Program-made: the position numbers and the translations under genes
Assembly (NCBI GenBank): GCA_965112735.1
Contig: OZ218963.1
Span: 1,674,001 to 1,738,000, forward strand
DNA length: 64,000 nucleotides
From: Phaeosaccion multiseriatum
Lineage: Eukaryota; Protista; Ochrophyta, other classes
Reading direction: 5' to 3'
Notes under the pieces: generated by a model
Databases searched by the model: none
What the model saw: only the letters and a program-made list of their open reading frames with translations
What the model was told of the DNA's origin: nothing
Shown here: positions 58,301 through 64,000 of the stretch, piece by piece
Numbering within the stretch: the stretch's first letter is position 1
Layout: the number at the start of each line of letters is the position of its first letter

Positions 58301-61300
58301 CGCTTGTTCTCACTTTTTGTTGTTCTTGTTGTCTCGCAAACAAAGGAGGAGAAGGAGCAAGCAAAGGGATGGCGACGCTTGCCGTGCGAGTCGGGGCTTT
58401 GCAAGTAGCGCGCTGCTTCTTCGCCGCAGCCTTCATTCATTGGCAGAAGCTGGATGCGGAGAGAGTGGCCGCGCAGCTCATACAAGTAAGAGGGAGAGAG
58501 AGAGAGGGGGGGGGGAATGATGGAACCCTAGCTCTTGCCCTGTGCTTGTCAACAGTCTCTCTCTCCCGCCCCCCTTAGTGCGAGGATTGCGCCTTGACAA
58601 AAGCGGCACACCCTCCCTCATCGCATCTCGTATACACCTTATGTGATGCTTACGTGAAGCTTACGTGATGCATACGTAATCCCAATCCCCCGCTTCCTGC
58701 AGCCCTACGCTCGAGCTTACGCGGCGGTGATGGCTGCGATGGCCAGTGGCGACACAAGGCTGGCAGCAGGTAAGGAGGACGGCAGGTGAAGCCAAGTGTG
58801 AACGAAGTATGCCAAATCAATCCATTCTGTCGTCGCTAACCCCCTTCCCCTCACCAAGGCGCTGCCCCTTCTCGTTTGGAGTGTGGGGTGGTGATGTGGG
58901 GCTATTTTACGTTGCGCTCCCTTCCATCGCTTGTCACCCCCCCCCCACCCCCCCCTCGACGCATTCTGGGAAACAACCCTTGATTGACTGGTTGGTTGAT
59001 TGACTTGTTGACTGACTGCCTTGACTGATTGATTGGTAGATAGTTCGATTCATGTTCGGTATTTCTATCGTGGCTTGGAGAGGAGCTCCCACACCGCCAA
59101 CTCCTTGCCTTGCCTGGCCTTGCCTTGCCTTCCCTTTCATGCTCTGCGCAACGTTCGTACTTGTTTGGATATCTTCTCCTCCCCCCTCAGGTCTGAAGCA
59201 GCAGCTGGGCTCCTTCCGATCGGCCATTGAGAAGCTCATCGGGAAAGAAAAGGCCCTCCACTCCTTGCAGGTTGGTTGGTTGATCAGTTAGTGAGATGGT
59301 GACGCAGATTGGTTGGTTGATTAGTTCGTTGATGATGATGTTGCTGTCATATCCTGTGAAGTCGGGAGGGAGAGAAGTGCACCAACCACGGTATCACCGC
59401 ACCACCGCAGTAGCGGAGTGGTATGGCATGGTGTTAGAGCAGTAGTGAAATGGAGATAGTGCTTCAACCCCCCCCTGGAACTGTCTGTCTCGATAGACAG
59501 TCGATCGACATGTCTGTTACATGCGTTCAGGCGCGGCGATCAATAGATCGAAAGTCGATCGACAAGTCGTTAAACGCATTTCAGCACTGAGATGATACCA
59601 CTGCCTGCGAAGCTTGCTTCAAGTCAGTCAAGTTTCCCTTTGTGTGATTCTGGGGGTGGCGTGAGGGCACGCTCCTGAGGGGACTGAGTCGTCGTTTGTT
59701 TGTTTCTTCCACCTCCGATCTATCAACCACCATCTCAACAAACCATCGTTATGCACTCCTCTCCCGTCGTGTGCACCTGAAACACCTCTTCTCTCTGCCC
59801 CCACTTCAACAACAGGAAGTGGAAGCTGCTGTCGAGGCGGATATGGTGGACACTCAGGTACATGGGCGAGAGGTGTATGGATCAGAAGTGTAGAAGAAGA
59901 GGGACGGGAGGCAGGCATCCAAGAGACTGACAGACAGACGGTGTGGTGGGCTGGAGTGTACAGATGACAGACCTTAAGGCCGGCTTTTATCGCTCTCGCT
60001 GACGAGATGATGTGATGATGTGTGCGCCCCACAAACAGAAGCGGCGTGTCTGCTATCTTCTCGCCTTTAAATGTGTGTGTGTGTGCTGATGTGTGTTTAT
60101 ATATGTGTGTATGCTTATGTGTGTATGTGTGTGTGTGTGCGTGTGTGTATGTGTGTGTGTTTGTGTGTGTGTGTGCGTGTGATACATGGGTCTGATATCG
60201 GACGACGTGGTGATGGCGATGGTCGATTGACTGCTTGCAGGTGTCCATCGATGAGTCCGTGAGGGAGACTCTGGCATCGACTGGCAGCTTTGGTGAGGAC
60301 TCTCCACAGCAGCAGCAGCAGCAGCAGCAGCCGGAAGACAGCGCTGCACGCCTGGTGCCACTGTCGACAGAGGGGGGCAAGACAAAGAACGAGGTGCAAG
60401 AGGATGGAGCAGCAGCGGCGCCAGCAGCAGCGCCAGTAGGAGCGCAAGTGGAAGCGGTACCGAAGGACGCTCCTCCTCCTCCTGCTGCTCCTCCTGCTAC
60501 GGCTACTCCACCTCCTTCTGTAACGCCAGAGAACAGTCCACTTCTCGCCAATTTGCTTGGCAATGCGAGGTACCATGAGGACCGAGGGAGGCCATTGTCG
60601 CGTGGCCACAGCACCACTACCGCACTACCGCCTCGACCACTACCGACCACTGCCCCGACATGGAACGTAACGCTACCCTCTCCCCCCCCCCTTTGTTCTT
60701 GCTCAGACTGGCCCATGAGATCATCCTCAACCCTGCCTTCAAGCTACCGGAGGAGGAGGAAGAGGACGAGGAGAACGGCCAGGGTGAGGGAGTCTTTCCC
60801 GAGAGAGGCCCGTCGTCCTCGTCATTGGTAAGTCAAGGAAGGAGCTGGGTGCAGGTCTTGAGCGCGTGTTCAGCAAAGGAGGGAGGAAGGCATCACATGC
60901 CTAACCGCCCTGTCTGTGGTGCTGCAGTAGTGTCTTCAACTTGAACTTGAACTTGGAACTTCAATTCCACTGGTGACTGATGGATCGCAGGTTCGGAGGA
61001 CAAAGCTGCACCACATGGCCCAGGCGCTGCTGCCATCGCCCCCGCACTTCTCGGGCCCTACAGAACTCAAAATGAGGGCCAAGGTACTCGTTGCAGCTGC
61101 GCCCGCAGTAGCAGCAGCTGGAGCTGGCGCTGCTCCTGGTGGAGCTAGTGCTGCTGGTACTGCTGCTACCACCGGAGGCGGCTGGAGAAAGGCCGAGGTG
61201 CTGCTCGTGACGTGGATGGATGAGGACGGTGATCCTTGTGCGGTGGGGGACGAGGGGGCAGAGGTGCTCATTGACGTACGGTGAGTGAGCATGTTGAAGG

Positions 61301-63618
61301 TTTGAGTTTCACTTTTCAGTGTCCTGTGTGTACGGCTATCTAGGCCCTCGGGAGCGTGATATGGTATGAGACAAGAACGGGGAGTGAGTGGTACAACAGC
61401 AGTTGGTGATACAGCAGCGGCTCTCATGTGAGGAGAGGCCTACACATTCTAGTTCGATGACGAAATGTGCGATTTCTTATTGGAGGGGAGAGGCACGTGT
61501 GGTAAAACGCGTTGGCAGGCTCCCTGCTGATGCTGCCGCCTAAACTTTCTCTCCGCCCCCGCACCAACAAACCAACCAAACAGGATGGAGGATGACGGGA
61601 GTGTGGAGAAAGGTGTGTCTTACGGGAGGATCCGGAAGGACGCTTCACCTCAGGCTCCGGACTACTCACTGCTATTGAACATGCTCGAGGAGGTACGGAG
61701 GAGAGGGGCATCTTTGTGTATGTGTATGCATTGAAGCACAAGGGCTGGGGGTGGAGGGAGGGGAGGGGAGGGAGGGGAGGAAGGGGTGGAACAAGCGCTT
61801 CGTCAGGGTTGCAAGTGGATGAGTGAGTGTCAGGCCTTACTTACCCACCAGCGACGACACTACCCCCCCCCTAATCCCACTCACCAAGCCCACTTTTCGT
61901 GCCGTATGTCTGTCGTGTCATGTCATCCGATTGGAATGTCCCATTGGAATGTCCGACGGAATGTCCGGTTGGATTGGAATGGAGCAGGTGAGGGACGAGC
62001 TCATTCAGCTCACGCCCAACAACGCACGCGTGGGCGATGCCGTGAGAGCCGCCCTCGACACGGACCTGCTCAGACAGGTGAGAACGAGGTGGAATTGAGA
62101 CTGTTGAACCTGAATCTGTCGGAACTGAAACTGAAACTGTGTGTAGTGGAGAGATTTGAGTGTGTGTAGGGCAGTTTTCTGATGACGAGCTTGCTTGTCC
62201 TCCCTCCCTTCCTCTGTCCCTCCCTCCCTCTCTCTCCCCCTCCCTCCGTCCCTCCTTTCTCTTCTCCCTCCCCCTCCCTTCTTCTCTCCCTCTCTCTCTC
62301 CCTCTCTCTTCCACCTCTCTCTCCCTCTCCCTCTTTCTCTCTCTCCTCTTTCTCCCTCCCCTTGTCCCGATAACAAGATGCTACGGCCTGGCTCCACGCT
62401 GGGCTCAGCGGATGTATCCCGCCTTGTGACCTTCATTGTGGAGCATCTGTTGGGCTTGCAGGTGGGTATGCTTGGCGGCCTACCAGTCGGTCTGCCGGTC
62501 TGTTCCAAGCCGCATCACTTTGACATGCCTCTCCAGCGTGCTTTGTGCTTTGTCTGCGGGGCAAATTGATCGCTCAAATACGTACCACACCCTCTGCTGC
62601 ACCCGAACGAGAGTTCTGACCTAACTAGTGCATCGCTTTTTCTCTCTCTCCCTTCTTCCTCTCTCTCCCGCTCCCTCTCTCTCCCGCTCTCTCTCTCCTT
62701 CTCTTTCTCTGCAATCAATCAATCTTTCACTGCCCTCGCTCTTTGTCGCACCCCCCCCAGGCACCCGTGCGTAGCGAGAAGACGCGAAAGTGGTTGGCAA
62801 AGTTCCAGGGGGGGCTCTCTCGCGCAGCCCAGGGGGGCGCCTCACAAGAGCAGCAAGCGGAGGCCCTCGTGCTCATGCTGCCTCGGGCCTTCGACTTCTT
62901 CTTCTCGAGAATAGATGAAGTGCGTGTGTGTGTGTGAGTGTATATATATGTGTGTGTGTATGTGCGGCACAGGCCTCCCTGCTACAGCCCCGCTACAGCC
63001 CTGCTACCAAGCAAACACTTTGCTTGGGGGCGGAGCAAGTTACGTGTGTTTTCCGTCTGCTTTCTGTCGCTCCCCTGGAGGCCCGCAGGGGGGGAGGTTG
63101 ATGGTTCCTGAGGGGAGGATTCCCTGGTTCTCTTGTCCCTTTGACTGCAGCACCCCCCCCCTGTCCTCCCACGCCTCCTCTTCAAAATCTTGCAGTGTGT
63201 GCCTCTATCCCATGTACACGTCTCTTCCTCTCCTCGTCGTGTTGAGGGCGAAAGACTGCCGTTCACTCCCATACGCTACTTACCGTCTGCATGGAACGAT
63301 ATGCCCCTCTCTCTCCTCTCCTGCTCCCTCACCCCTTCGCTTTGCCTCCTCCTCCTCCTCCTCCTCCTCCTCCTCCTCCTCCTCCTCCTCCTCCTCCTCC
63401 TCCTCCTCATCTGTGTATACATGCAGGTCCGGCGTGACATGGCCAATTACCACATTCAGACCATCGTGGCGCCGTACCTAAAGCGAAACGGTGCAGACTT
63501 TGAGCGCAATAAGTTCGAAGAGATGCTCAAGGCCCGAGGGGGGGACAAGGCGCTGGTAGGTGGAAGTACAACTCTGTCGGTCTGTCTATGTGTGCGTCTG
63601 TCTCTGTCTCTGTCTGCC

Positions 63619-63716
<98 letters not shown>

Positions 63717-63730
63717 TGTCTGTCTGTCTG

Positions 63731-63792
<62 letters not shown>

Positions 63793-64000
63793 GTTTTCTC
63801 ATACAGCCATGCCTTAACATACCGACTGGGGCATGCATCGGTCGTCGGGGGGCAGAGGGGGCAGATCGTGTGGGGTGACGCTCAAACCTGCTGAGAAGAG
63901 CTTTAAGCTGCTTTGACCCTCGCGCCGTGCCTTGCGTTGCGTGAAGAGACTTCTGTGTATGTGTTGTGTGTGTGCGTGTGTGTGGGGGGGGGGGGGGGAG
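55321..64000 (+). CDS. T-complex protein 11 (TCP11/SOK1) family protein, many short exons, 3' end beyond window
   Basis: Exons encode [60 protein letters not shown]|APVR and [29 protein letters not shown]. Start at 55321 is inferred. Confidence 0.8.
63590..63792 (+). repeat. Intronic (GTCT)n microsatellite
   Basis: Directly visible. Confidence 0.95.

Overview
Eukaryotic nuclear DNA: intron-rich, microsatellite-rich and GC-rich. The source is most likely an alga with a secondary red plastid (ochrophyte or haptophyte type), because several genes start with bipartite signal + plastid-transit leaders. About 11 spliced host genes were reconstructed by eye: plastid phosphate translocator, secreted (GPTD)n/Cys-repeat protein, TMEM181-like membrane protein fused to a class-3 lipase, a TEY-repeat protein with a stand-alone dynein microtubule-binding domain, folate-biopterin transporter, Ssu72, tandem double CaMK-like kinase, plastid S21, UBIAD1/MenA, DnaJ, and a TCP11-family gene truncated by the window end. 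The first 19 kb is rich in mobile DNA: three MITE-like elements with terminal inverted repeats (TIRs) and target-site duplications (TSDs), a decayed P-like transposase, and a Crypton-type tyrosine-recombinase element. The Crypton appears to end in a PHD finger and is bracketed by twin palindromic sites. All family assignments are by motif recognition only; no database search was run, and exon boundaries are manual estimates.
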